From Bradymonadia bacterium (GTDB taxonomy: Bacteria > Myxococcota_A > Bradymonadia > UBA7976 > UBA1532), in NCBI GenBank assembly GCA_046290225.1, contig JBKAGE010000045.1, positions 34,279 through 98,278 of the forward strand: 64,000 bases of DNA, in the 5' to 3' direction. Below, piece by piece: positions 54,756-64,000 of this stretch. Within the stretch, counting starts at the first letter, position 1, and each line of letters starts with the position of its first letter. Below the pieces are notes generated by a model that saw only the letters and a list, made by a program, of their open reading frames with translations, did not search any database and was not told the origin of the DNA. The translations under genes and the position numbers were made by a program.

Positions 54756-56398
54756 TCTTCTCACCCACCGCAGAGCAGCGGGCCATCTTCGGCTACATGG
54801 CCGATCCGGACAGCGGCCACCTCATCATCGAGGCCCGGGCCGGCGCTGGAAAGACGTCGACGATGGAGGAGGCCCTCAACCATGCACCAGAGGCCATGAC
54901 GGGCAGCGTGCTGGTGTGCGCCTTCAACAAGGACATCGTCGGGGAATTCCGAAAGCGCGTGAAGAGGTCCGGGCGCGGTGATCGCGTGAAGACCATGACC
55001 CTGCACGGCTTTGGACTGCGCTTTCTGCGAGCAGCCTCGGGTCAAGATGTGATCCCCAGGGATGGGCACGACTTCGAGATCGCACGCACCATTACAGATC
55101 GCATGTGGGGCGGCGCGTTCCCGACGCCTCGCAATGGTGGGCACCGAGTGCCGTCGATGCTCGCACGTGCTGTGGCGACCATCGCCTCCTGGGGCAAGAA
55201 CACGCTCACCGTCGACGCCAAGGCCCTGCTCGAGGCAGCTGCGGAGCATGACATGTTCCCGAAGAACTTGCCTCGATACGCCCAGCTGACGCGGGAGCAG
55301 ATGGTCGAGACGGCTCTTGAGAGCATGCGCGATGCGATCAGACTCTTCAGGATCGGGTCTAACGATGTCTCCCATGATGACTGCATCTTCCTGCCCTGGG
55401 CCCTGGACCTCCAGTGCCCCGGGATGCAGAAGGATCTGGTCATCGTGGACGAGGGCCAAGACCTCAACGAGGCCCAGAAGGATCTCATCAAGCGCGTCTG
55501 CCGTGGGCGCATCGTCGTCGTAGGAGATCCCAAACAGGCCATCTACGAGTGGCGCGGTGCCACCGAGGCGGCCCTGGAGAAGATGGCGATTGAGCTCGAG
55601 GCCACCACGCTGCCCCTCACAGTGACGTTTCGCTGTCCTCGTCGAGTGGTGGACGCAGCCAACACACTGGTGTCGGACTTCCAGCCCAGGCCTGGGGCCC
55701 CGCTGGGCCTCGTTGAGTGCATCCACCCCTCAGAGCTGGCAAGTCAGGCCAGCGAGGGTGCCTTCGTCATCGCCCGCACCAACGCCTGGGCCGTACGGGC
55801 ATGCCTGGCGCTCATCAAGGCCAACTTGAAGGCCACAGTGCTGGGTCGTGATATCGGCAAGGCTCTCATCAGTCGCATCCATGACGTGTACCCACCCGGC
55901 GAGGGCGGCAAGCGCTGGACGAAGGTGCTGGTGCGCAAGCTCAAGGCGCACCTCGACAGGGAGCGCATGTTCCTCGAGCAGATGGGCCGCTTCGAGGCCA
56001 TTCGATCACGCACCGACGAGGTGGATGCCATCACGGTGTTGTGTGAGGGGCATCAGTACGTCGAGGACGTCGAAAAGCGTATCAGCAAGACCTTCAGCGA
56101 GGGCCGGGCCCAGGGTCGCATCGTGTGCATGACGGCACACAAGTCGAAAGGACTCGAGGCTGACACGGTCTTCCTCATGGATGAGTCCTTCGGACAGTCA
56201 CCACACGCGAACATCGACTACGTGGCCATGACGCGAGCCAAGCGCCGGCTGGTCTTCTGCGGCAGCCGCCAGGGGCACTTTGAGCTGCAGATGAACGCCG
56301 CCGGCGTGCCGCGCAAGGGTGATCAAACCTCCCACGAGAGAGACCAGATGCGCCTCAACGCAGCAGTCGAGAGCCTCCCACTCTTCAACGTGGCATAG
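54752..56398 (+). CDS. UvrD/Rep superfamily-1 helicase
   Basis: ARAGAGKT, VDEGQD, VGDPKQAIY.WRGA, TFRCP, HKSKGLE, YVAMTRAK. Confidence 0.95.
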   Translation: MIFSPTAEQRAIFGYMADPDSGHLIIEARAGAGKTSTMEEALNHAPEAMTGSVLVCAFNKDIVGEFRKRVKRSGRGDRVKTMTLHGFGLRFLRAASGQDVIPRDGHDFEIARTITDRMWGGAFPTPRNGGHRVPSMLARAVATIASWGKNTLTVDAKALLEAAAEHDMFPKNLPRYAQLTREQMVETALESMRDAIRLFRIGSNDVSHDDCIFLPWALDLQCPGMQKDLVIVDEGQDLNEAQKDLIKRVCRGRIVVVGDPKQAIYEWRGATEAALEKMAIELEATTLPLTVTFRCPRRVVDAANTLVSDFQPRPGAPLGLVECIHPSELASQASEGAFVIARTNAWAVRACLALIKANLKATVLGRDIGKALISRIHDVYPPGEGGKRWTKVLVRKLKAHLDRERMFLEQMGRFEAIRSRTDEVDAITVLCEGHQYVEDVEKRISKTFSEGRAQGRIVCMTAHKSKGLEADTVFLMDESFGQSPHANIDYVAMTRAKRRLVFCGSRQGHFELQMNAAGVPRKGDQTSHERDQMRLNAAVESLPLFNVA

Positions 56399-56442
56399 AG
56401 GCCGATCAGGGCGAGAATACAGGGCACCAACGCCCAGAACAG

Positions 56443-56844
56443 ATGAGATGGAGTGAGCCAATGCCTTCACAGAAAACATGGGTGAGGTGCGCCCAAATGA
56501 CTGTCTACGCCAAGCATCCGAGTTCATGGATGTGGCTTGAAGTAGGCACTCTCGTCGGTGCTCGCCGTGTCGCCCGCGGCTTCGAGGGCGGGACCTTCAC
56601 CGAGACGCCTGGTTGGCAGCAGACCCAGGAATACCCCGGTGGCCCGCCGCTGGCCGAGTGGCAGGTCGATCAGGTGCAGGGTGTCATCGAGGGCCTGCAG
56701 GAGGGGCGGCGACTCTTCGGAAACAACCAAGTGATCTACGACGCCAAGGGAGTGCAACTGGCGAGCAAATCCACGCTGCGAGGTGCCCGGCATCGCAGAT
56801 CCCACGCAGGCCCGTCTAAAAGCCGTCGAGGGGGTGCAGCATGA
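56443..56844 (+). CDS. Hypothetical protein
   Basis: Coupled to the downstream gene. Confidence 0.5.
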   Translation: MRWSEPMPSQKTWVRCAQMTVYAKHPSSWMWLEVGTLVGARRVARGFEGGTFTETPGWQQTQEYPGGPPLAEWQVDQVQGVIEGLQEGRRLFGNNQVIYDAKGVQLASKSTLRGARHRRSHAGPSKSRRGGAA

Positions 56845-58322
56845 ACACGCCAGTCGGCAACCAAGATGGCCTCGTGCACGGGGATCTCATTCGCCGAACG
56901 GTCCAGCTTCGCGAAGATGCGCTGGGGCGGGTTGAGGAAGCGCTCGGCCTCCTTGAGCGGGTGAAAACCCTGATGGGCGAGGCTGCCGAACTTCGCGCCG
57001 CCGCAACCGCTGATCTGTGTGGCGCTGATCACATCGACATCAAGGCCTGGGGCCGTCTCTTCGGCCTGCCTGGCGCTGAAACTTTGGAGTCGGCACGGCG
57101 CGTCATCGATGCAGGGTGCTGGTCCAACTTGCTCGAACAGTCGGGGTTCCAGAAGCTCATGGACCACCAGGCCCGGCAGGAGTTCGCCGCAAGCCTCGAA
57201 GGTGACACACCACCCTTTGAGCTGGAGCACGTCGAGGCGACCGTAAAGGGCCTCCTGGAGAACAGCCACGACACCTACTTGCGCGGTGTCGCCAACGCCT
57301 TCTCCGGGTTGGATCGACGCTTCAAGTCCCACGATGGCTTCAAGTTCGGGCGGCGCATCATCTTCGCTGGCGTCTTCGATGAATCTGGCTACCTGAACTG
57401 GAGGCACCCCGTCTTGGAGCGCCTCGAAGACGTCTGTCGGATCTTCGCCCTGATGAATGGCGATGAGATCCCCGAGGGGAGCCTTGTGCGGGGCTGGTTG
57501 ACCGAGGGTCGCGACGCCTTTCACATCTGTCAGACCACGGTGGACACCCCTTACTTTCGGCTCAAGACCTTCAAGAACGGCAACTGCCATCTCTGGCTGA
57601 CGGAGCAAGACCTCGTCGAGCAGGTCAACCTCTGCCTGGCTGAGTTCTACGGCGAGGTCCTCGGCGACGCGGTGCCCAAGGGGAGCCCGAAGATCTCCAC
57701 AGCGCTGGCGAAGGATCTGCAGTTCTACGCCACACCCCAAAAGGTGGCGAGGGAGCTGGTGCGTCTGCTCGACGGGGCCCCGAGCCGCATCCTTGAGCCC
57801 AGCGCCGGCGAGGGCGCCCTGCTCGAAGCCCTGCGGGACCGCTTCAGCGACTGGCACACGGAGTGGCGCTGCGATGCCTACGAGGTCCACGAGGGCCGCG
57901 CCCGTACAGCCAGGCTTCGCATGGCGGCTGATCCCCGCTTCAAGGTGCAGGTGGCCAACTTCCTTGATGTGCCAACGCCATCAGCGGGCCGGCTCTACGA
58001 TGCCGTGGTCATGAATCCCCCCTTCGCCGGCACCCACTGGATGCACCACGTGCGCCATGCGTGGAGCTTCCTCCGGCCTGGGGGTGATCTGCTGGCTGTG
58101 TTGCCGATTTCAGCGCAGTTGAGCGAGGCCAAGGCCAACACAGAGTTTCGAGCCTGGGCCAAGGCGGAGTGCACCAGGGACGGCCTGCGCCTTTGGGGCC
58201 GAGAGCCCATGTCCTTCCATGACCTCGAGGTCGGAGCCTTCCGCAGCTCTGGCACGAACGTATCCACCTGCATCTTGCACATGGAAAAGCCGGACTCAGA
58301 TAGAGACACAATCAATTGGTGA
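56841..58322 (+). CDS. DUF4942-type amino (N6A/N4C) DNA methyltransferase
   Basis: FKNGNCHL, QFYATP, ILEPSAGEG, VMNPPF, SGTNV. Confidence 0.9.
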   Translation: MNTPVGNQDGLVHGDLIRRTVQLREDALGRVEEALGLLERVKTLMGEAAELRAAATADLCGADHIDIKAWGRLFGLPGAETLESARRVIDAGCWSNLLEQSGFQKLMDHQARQEFAASLEGDTPPFELEHVEATVKGLLENSHDTYLRGVANAFSGLDRRFKSHDGFKFGRRIIFAGVFDESGYLNWRHPVLERLEDVCRIFALMNGDEIPEGSLVRGWLTEGRDAFHICQTTVDTPYFRLKTFKNGNCHLWLTEQDLVEQVNLCLAEFYGEVLGDAVPKGSPKISTALAKDLQFYATPQKVARELVRLLDGAPSRILEPSAGEGALLEALRDRFSDWHTEWRCDAYEVHEGRARTARLRMAADPRFKVQVANFLDVPTPSAGRLYDAVVMNPPFAGTHWMHHVRHAWSFLRPGGDLLAVLPISAQLSEAKANTEFRAWAKAECTRDGLRLWGREPMSFHDLEVGAFRSSGTNVSTCILHMEKPDSDRDTINW

Positions 58323-58326
58323 TGTG

Positions 58327-58515
58327 ATGCATCACACCAGCAATACAGGGGCATTGAAAATGGATAGAGCTGCATACGTACGCGATTTGTGTACTCAGAA
58401 GGGCTACACACTCGCATGGCCCAATGGGAATGGGATCTGGCGCATCACACGGCATGGGCGTGTGTTGCGTCGCGGCACCCTGGTCGAGCTTGAGCAGTGG
58501 CTGGTCTTCGGGTGA
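58327..58515 (+). CDS. Small hypothetical protein
   Basis: Fills the gap; coupled. Confidence 0.4.
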   Translation: MHHTSNTGALKMDRAAYVRDLCTQKGYTLAWPNGNGIWRITRHGRVLRRGTLVELEQWLVFG

Positions 58516-59003
58516 TCACGTTGAGCGCCTCACTCACAGCTCAGCTCGAGCATCGCCACGCCCTGCTGTTTCTGCTCAGTGGTGGAGCCACCCTCACCGT
58601 CAGCTTCGTATCTGGCGGCAGCAGGCTCTCATTCACCTATCGGGCAGAGGCGTTTGCCTCGCGTGAGCATGGCACGAAGGGCCAGAGGCACGTGGCGGTG
58701 TACTTCACCTCCTACGGGCAGCGAAGCATCTTCGGGATCATCAACCCGCGGCGCATCAGGGCCAAGGGGCGTGGCTACAGCTTCGCCCGGCATGCCGAGG
58801 TCAGCGAGGACCACCTCGCTCCCGAGGTCTTCTCCAGAGCATGGAAGAGCCTGTGCGAGGGCAATGCGCTCACCGGCGTCGAGCTGACACACCCGGGGCG
58901 GTGCGGATACTGCGGGCGCGATCTGTCTGTCGAAGAGACTGCTTTGGGCCTCCATCCCCAATGCAGAGAACAACTCATCATTGAACTGAAGAAGGACCAG
59001 TAA
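58512..59003 (+). CDS. Hypothetical protein with C-terminal Zn finger (DUF6011-like)
   Basis: GGATLT...FTYR...GRCGYCGRDL...GLHPQC. Confidence 0.65.
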   Translation: MITLSASLTAQLEHRHALLFLLSGGATLTVSFVSGGSRLSFTYRAEAFASREHGTKGQRHVAVYFTSYGQRSIFGIINPRRIRAKGRGYSFARHAEVSEDHLAPEVFSRAWKSLCEGNALTGVELTHPGRCGYCGRDLSVEETALGLHPQCREQLIIELKKDQ

Positions 59004-60118
59004 TGGCTAACACAAAGATACAGTGGTCAGATCGCACCTGGAATTGTCTCATCGGCTGCTCGAAGGTCTCCCAGGGCTGCAAGCACTGCTACGCCGAGCG
59101 CCAGGCCCCGAGCGTCCTCAGGCGGCTCAGGACTACAGCCAAGTCTCCGAGAGGACTCGCCACCGTCGATGCCTATGAGCAGGCCCTCGACCTGAGCGGA
59201 GAGACGCCGCGATGGTCTGGCTGTGCGGTGCCCATGCTGCACAAGCTCTTCGAGCCCCTGACGTGGCGCAAACCCCAGCTCGTGTTCGTAAACTCGATGT
59301 CGGATGTGTTCCATCCGTCGGTGCCCTTCGAGTTCATCTCGGCGATGTTCGGCGTGATGGCTGCCGCCTCCCATCTGACTTTTCAGATTCTCACGAAGCA
59401 CCCTGAGAGGGCCCTGGAGTGGCACCGGTGGGTCGTCAACACCAACGAGAATTACAACCCATTGCTCGAAAGCGTCTTCTGGGCTCTCCAGCACGAGCAA
59501 AGGCTATCTGAAAAATTCGACTGCAGTATGCCCATGCACAGACACAAAAGTGCAGACCCAGACGGGCCCTGGCCTCTGCCCAATGTCTGGATCGGCGTCT
59601 CGGTGGAGGACCAGATCACCGCCGAGCAGCGTATCCCGCAACTGCTGAAGCTCCCCGCCCATGTGAGATGGGTGAGCTTTGAGCCTGCCCTTGAGTACGT
59701 GGACTTTTGGCCCTGGATCTCGAAGGACGACTCCCGGCTCGAATGGATCACTACCGGTGGCGAGGGTGGCCCCAAGGATCTGCCCTCGATCCCAGAGGAT
59801 GATCCCCGGCTCGACTGGATCGTTGTCGGTGGCGAGAGCGGCTCCAAGGCCCGGCCCTTCTGCCTGTCCTGGGCTGCGTCGGTCATCTACCAGGGCCAAA
59901 GTCACGGTGTGCCTGTTTTCGTGAAGCAGCTTGGGGCTCACCCGGCAGAGATCATCGCCAAGGGCCACAAGCTCAAGGACTGCCATGGGGGTGATCCCCG
60001 GGAATGGCCTGCTGGGCTCAACGTGCGCCAGTTTCCCAAGGACTACACCAAAGAGCAGACGGAGCTGGTGCAATGCATCACACCAGCTCCGAAGGCAGAT
60101 GATGAGCGGCTTCGATGA
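59003..60118 (+). CDS. DUF5131 (phage Gp37/Gp68) radical-SAM-like protein
   Basis: TKIQWSDRTWN..GCSKVSQGCKHCYA, FVNSMSD, FQILTK, NVWIGVSVE, WIVVGGESG. Confidence 0.93.
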   Translation: MANTKIQWSDRTWNCLIGCSKVSQGCKHCYAERQAPSVLRRLRTTAKSPRGLATVDAYEQALDLSGETPRWSGCAVPMLHKLFEPLTWRKPQLVFVNSMSDVFHPSVPFEFISAMFGVMAAASHLTFQILTKHPERALEWHRWVVNTNENYNPLLESVFWALQHEQRLSEKFDCSMPMHRHKSADPDGPWPLPNVWIGVSVEDQITAEQRIPQLLKLPAHVRWVSFEPALEYVDFWPWISKDDSRLEWITTGGEGGPKDLPSIPEDDPRLDWIVVGGESGSKARPFCLSWAASVIYQGQSHGVPVFVKQLGAHPAEIIAKGHKLKDCHGGDPREWPAGLNVRQFPKDYTKEQTELVQCITPAPKADDERLR

Positions 60119-60429
60119 CTCATGACATGCATACAGGGAGCAACAGAATGACGGACCCGAAGTTGGAGCCCATGGCTATCCCCGTCGAGAACCTGCCGAG
60201 GTGCCCTGCATGTGGGGGGCGCCCAGCGATCGTGCCGGCCACGCCATTCAGCAGCGGATTCTACGGAGCCCAAGTCTGGTGTGATGGCGACGACAACAAA
60301 CAGCCATGCGGGCTCCAGGTCCACACACACATCGAGTACAGCACTGAGCGCGACGCCGAGAACGCAGCCTGTGAGCTGTGGACGGCCCTGACGAACCCGC
60401 TGGGGTGGGTGAGGGAGTTCATCGGATGA
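60115..60429 (+). CDS. Lar-like restriction-alleviation Zn-finger protein
   Basis: LPRCPACGGRP...C...C...A..LW. Confidence 0.5.
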   Translation: MTHDMHTGSNRMTDPKLEPMAIPVENLPRCPACGGRPAIVPATPFSSGFYGAQVWCDGDDNKQPCGLQVHTHIEYSTERDAENAACELWTALTNPLGWVREFIG

Positions 60430-60890
60430 ACGACGAACTCAAAGCCCTGGCCCTTCGCGCCGTCGCTTGTGATGGGTGGCGGGAAACGCCTGGGATGCGC
60501 TTCGTACACCCTACAGAGCCCGGCTTCTGCCGGTGTGTGGGCGAGGTGGGTGGTGAATTGGCCTGGGCTCGCGTGTCCGCGAAGTGGATGAGCGGCCTTC
60601 CCGATTTGACCGACCCCCCAACCCTGAGGTGCCTGCTGGAGTTGGTGCGGGAGGCGTGGGGGTGCGACGGGTTCCGCAGGCTTGGCGTTGAGCCAGCTGG
60701 CCGTGGGTGTTGTGTGGTCGTCCGCAACGGTCGGCACCGGCCCCCGAGCCGCAGCCAAGGCGGGTGGGACCTGTGCAAACAGGCACACCCACCACGGGGG
60801 CTCCCTCAGCCCTTTGGTCGGAACGTCTTCGACACCGAAGCAGAAGCTCTCGTGGCAGCCCTTGAGGCAGCACCGAAGCGGGAGGGGTGA
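60426..60890 (+). CDS. Hypothetical phage protein
   Basis: LPDLTDPPTLRCLLELVREAW...TEAEALVAALEAA. Confidence 0.65.
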   Translation: MNDELKALALRAVACDGWRETPGMRFVHPTEPGFCRCVGEVGGELAWARVSAKWMSGLPDLTDPPTLRCLLELVREAWGCDGFRRLGVEPAGRGCCVVVRNGRHRPPSRSQGGWDLCKQAHPPRGLPQPFGRNVFDTEAEALVAALEAAPKREG

Positions 60891-60893
60891 GAG

Positions 60894-61331
60894 ATGCTGA
60901 ACCTGGACTCCGCAATGAAGGCCCTTGAGGGAGAGCCATGGGTGCACGACCTGAAGGTCGGTGGTGGGAATATTCCGTCACTCAGGATCGGCACCAGCAT
61001 CACCATGATTGATGGGCATCAGGTTGATGTGTGGCTGAAGTTCTATGAGCCGGGCCCCTTGCTCACGGACCTGCGCGGCATCAACAGCTTACTTGAGGGC
61101 CTACGCCCTCACTCGCCTGAACCACTCTATGCCGCAGCAAAGGAGCGGGTGGAGTGGCATCACCGGGAGATAGAGTTCGATGAGGACTATGCGGGCGGTG
61201 ATTACTACAGACGCTCAACCAGCAAGACCCCAGAAGCCCTTCAGATCGAGGTGTATTGGTTCGCACACCGGCTCGCCGAGTTGCTCTTGGTTGGCTACGA
61301 GGCTGCATCGGACAGCAAGGAGATGGCATGA
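60894..61331 (+). CDS. Hypothetical protein
   Basis: SD present; coupled. Confidence 0.55.
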   Translation: MLNLDSAMKALEGEPWVHDLKVGGGNIPSLRIGTSITMIDGHQVDVWLKFYEPGPLLTDLRGINSLLEGLRPHSPEPLYAAAKERVEWHHREIEFDEDYAGGDYYRRSTSKTPEALQIEVYWFAHRLAELLLVGYEAASDSKEMA

Positions 61332-63031
61332 CTGATCGTACCTACAACGTCTTGCACGTCTTCTGTGGCGCCGGCGGCGGGGGCTTGGGCTTCAAGCGCG
61401 CCAGCGCCACCTTCCGCGGGATCAAGGCCCGCTTTCAATGCATTGGGGCCCTCGATGCTGATCCGCGAGCCGTAGCCGACTACTCGATCGTTACAGACGG
61501 TGATCGGGCGACAGTGGCAGACCTCTTCACCCGAGAAGACTACGAGCTTTTCCATGGCCACCCGCCACCTGAGAGCTGGCGCGAGCTCACCCCGAGCGAC
61601 CTCGTGCAGATCACCGGCGGGCGACGCCCCGACGTGGTGTTCGGCTCGCCGCCCTGCAAGGGCCTGTCTGGGCTGCTCTCGAAGAAGATGGCGGACACTC
61701 AGAGGTACCAGGCCCTCAACCGCCTCGTGACCAGGTGGTTGTTCCTCGTCCTCGAGGCATGGCGCGATGATCCCCCGGGCCTGCTCCTCCTCGAGAACGT
61801 GCCCCGCATCGCACAGCGCGGCGCAGAGATGCTCAACACCGTTCGAGGCCTGCTCTCGAGCTATGGCTACGCCGTCCACGAGGGCACCCACGACTGCGGC
61901 GAACTCGGCGCCCTCGGGCAATCGCGCAAGCGCTTCCTGCTCGTGGCTCGCAGGGTCGACCGGGTAAGTGCGATCCTCTTCGAGCCTCCGCGGCAAGCAC
62001 TGAGGTCGATCTCGGACATCATCAGCCACCTCCCGACGCCCGGCGCCGGCGGCGGTGCCATGCACGTCCTGCCCAAGCTTGCCTCCAAGACCTGGATCCG
62101 GCTGGCGCTGGTCCGCGCGGGCAAAGACTGGAGAGATCTCGCAAAGCGCTGGGCCCCGGGCCGATGGCACCTTCGACAGATCGGCCCAGCTCAATGGCGT
62201 CTCGTCGAGGGCTGCGGCCCTGGCATCCCCATCAAGGATCCAGCTGCAGGCCCATGGCATTCGTGCGTGCTCGGTGTTCGCACCATGGGTGAGGCCTGCG
62301 GCACCGTCACCGGCGGCGCTGCCCCAACCACCGGCGCGTTCTCGGTGGCGGATCCACGTCTGGGCTGCTCGCCCTCAGGGGCCACCCTGCGCGTGCGCCC
62401 TGTCGATGGTCCTTCGCCCACGGTGGTGGCCTGCTGTGACGTCTGGAGCAGCGGTGGCTTCGGCGTGGCAGATCCACGACTCAAGGGCGTGCGCCACAAC
62501 AACGTCTTCCGGGTCCAGGGCGCCGGCGACACCTCACGCACCGTCACCGGCGGTGGCCTGCCCACGTCGGGCGGCCTGTGCGTGGCAGACCCCTTACTGG
62601 GCTGCGCTCCCCGCAACGGCACAATGGGCGTGCAAGACTGGGCAAAGTCAGGCGCTACCGTGACCGCGGCTCTCGACGTGCACTCTGGCCCAGGTGCGGT
62701 CTCAGATCCCCGCGCCACCTTCGAGGCATGCGATCTGCCGATCATCATCAGCGACGATGGGTGCTGGCACCGCCCACTCACGACCCTCGAGCTGGCTGCC
62801 CTGCAGGGGTTTCCGGTGGACCGGCCCGGAGGCCTGGTGCTGTCGGGCAAATCTGCGACCTGGTGGCGTACCGCCATCGGCAACGCTGTGCCCCCACCGA
62901 CAGCGCAGGCAATCGCCGAAGAGATGCTGCGCACCCTGCTCGTCAGCGAAGAGGGCGCATTCGTGCTCAGCGGCGACGGCGGCGTCTGGGTCAACGGCTA
63001 CAAGCAGCAGACCATGGAGTTGGTCCGATGA
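61328..63031 (+). CDS. C5 cytosine DNA methyltransferase with repeat-expanded variable region
   Basis: FCGAGG, GSPPC, ENV, QSRKR, RPLTTLELAALQGF, IGNAVPP. Confidence 0.95.
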   Translation: MTDRTYNVLHVFCGAGGGGLGFKRASATFRGIKARFQCIGALDADPRAVADYSIVTDGDRATVADLFTREDYELFHGHPPPESWRELTPSDLVQITGGRRPDVVFGSPPCKGLSGLLSKKMADTQRYQALNRLVTRWLFLVLEAWRDDPPGLLLLENVPRIAQRGAEMLNTVRGLLSSYGYAVHEGTHDCGELGALGQSRKRFLLVARRVDRVSAILFEPPRQALRSISDIISHLPTPGAGGGAMHVLPKLASKTWIRLALVRAGKDWRDLAKRWAPGRWHLRQIGPAQWRLVEGCGPGIPIKDPAAGPWHSCVLGVRTMGEACGTVTGGAAPTTGAFSVADPRLGCSPSGATLRVRPVDGPSPTVVACCDVWSSGGFGVADPRLKGVRHNNVFRVQGAGDTSRTVTGGGLPTSGGLCVADPLLGCAPRNGTMGVQDWAKSGATVTAALDVHSGPGAVSDPRATFEACDLPIIISDDGCWHRPLTTLELAALQGFPVDRPGGLVLSGKSATWWRTAIGNAVPPPTAQAIAEEMLRTLLVSEEGAFVLSGDGGVWVNGYKQQTMELVR

Positions 63032-63555
63032 AAGAGCGTCCCATCCTCTTCAAGCCCCGGCTGGTACGAGCCATCCTCAGTGGCCAAAAGACTCAGACAC
63101 GGCGCCTCGCCAAGAACGGTCGCCGCTCCATAGAAACAGGCGACCACCTCTGGGTGCGAGAGAGCCACTTCTTCACCGAGGGGCCCGTCGCCTGGTATCC
63201 CGATATGCCTCACCGGCAAGGCGTATACAAAGATCAGCCGGTGACGGTTCAGTACCGCGCGGCCTTCCATGGCACAGAGCCAAGCCGCTGGCGGCCCTCG
63301 ATCCATATGCCGAAGTGGGCATCACGCATCACCCTCGAGGTCACCGAGGTGCGCTGGCAACGCCTGCAGGAGATCACCCCACAAGACATCCTGGCTGAGG
63401 GGGTCGGGGATCCCAGTCTCTCAGACGAGGCACTCCTTCTTCTCTGGAAGAACCTCTGGGACAGCATCAACGGCAAGAAACCCGGTGCGTCCTGGGACGA
63501 CGATCCCGAGGTGTGGGCCTACACCTTCAAAGTTATCAATGGAGACACACCATGA
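63028..63555 (+). CDS. ASCH-domain phage protein
   Basis: PILF...AILSGQKTQTRR...GDHLWVRE...WRPSIHMP. Confidence 0.88.
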   Translation: MKERPILFKPRLVRAILSGQKTQTRRLAKNGRRSIETGDHLWVRESHFFTEGPVAWYPDMPHRQGVYKDQPVTVQYRAAFHGTEPSRWRPSIHMPKWASRITLEVTEVRWQRLQEITPQDILAEGVGDPSLSDEALLLLWKNLWDSINGKKPGASWDDDPEVWAYTFKVINGDTP

Positions 63556-63905
63556 GCAGCACTGGTGCAGAGCGCATCGCCATCGAACGTCACAGGCAGC
63601 TCACTGCTGAGGGTTGGACCCACCAGCACGACGCCAAACATACAGGCCATGAGATAACTCTTGCAGCCATCGCATACGCCGCCTCGGCGCTTCCGAATGG
63701 GAACGCAGTCATTCTGGCAAAGCCTGGTGAGCACGGGCGTCGCCTCTATCTGGATCCTTTTCCCTGGGACAGTTCTTGGGACAAGCGCCCCACGGGCAGT
63801 TCGTCCATCAGAGAGAAAATCCGAGCCCTGGAGAAAGCGGGCGCCCTTCTCGCTGCTGAGATAGATCGACTCAAAGCGCAGGCGTTCTATGAGGTCGCTC
63901 ACTGA
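63552..63905 (+). CDS. Conserved phage hypothetical protein
   Basis: IAIERHRQ..EGWT..HD...KAGALLAAEIDRL. Confidence 0.75.
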   Translation: MSSTGAERIAIERHRQLTAEGWTHQHDAKHTGHEITLAAIAYAASALPNGNAVILAKPGEHGRRLYLDPFPWDSSWDKRPTGSSSIREKIRALEKAGALLAAEIDRLKAQAFYEVAH

Positions 63906-64000
63906 TGCGTATCCCCCCAGGCGTTGGACACATTTGGGGCCTGGAAAACCCCTGGGTGTCCCGGGTAATTTGAAGGCATGAGCAACACGAAACGAGCGAA

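Noticed and set aside
63541..63554. Further leader copy (GGAGACACACCATG)
   Set aside because: Only the 14-nt SD-ATG end matches; the stems and promoter are absent.
63906..63977. GC-rich hairpins before a truncated ORF at 63978 (similar tract at 24014-24060)
   Set aside because: Stems are short and imperfect, as expected at this GC content; too little context.

Overview
The whole window reads as part of one large, GC-rich, probably temperate tailed phage or prophage. The host is plausibly Myxococcota-like, inferred only from protein-family style. No integrase, att site, major capsid gene, rRNA, tRNA or CRISPR array is visible. Layout: (i) <1-919, 5' end of a tape measure gene. (ii) 1.0-13.7 kb accessory block: outer-membrane protein, XRE switch facing a small ORF plus an intact TnpB, an 8-kb BlaI/BlaR1-czcCBA-methyltransferase metal-efflux cassette, an ImmA/IrrE-like gene lacking its catalytic Glu, and an orphan HigA. 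(iii) 13.7-21.3 kb: two large glycosyltransferases, a DEDDh exonuclease, a neck-like protein and a candidate sRNA. (iv) 21.5-25.6 kb: mqsRA plus small genes, three of which share a near-identical ~45-bp structured leader behind consensus sigma70 promoters. (v) 25.7-43.5 kb: CHAP lysin, terminase, HslV-like peptidase, MuF-like head protein, portal, GroES-like protein, sigma-like regulator and tail-type genes. (vi) 43.5-49.6 kb replication genes: MT-A70, DnaB, primase-like, DnaC and a split initiator with 12-bp G-rich repeats. (vii) CI/Cro switch at ~50 kb and a rightward early operon: AAA ATPase, histone-like protein, SF1 helicase, DUF4942 and C5 methylases, DUF5131, Lar-like and ASCH proteins. 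All family calls come from motif recognition by eye; no database searches were run.
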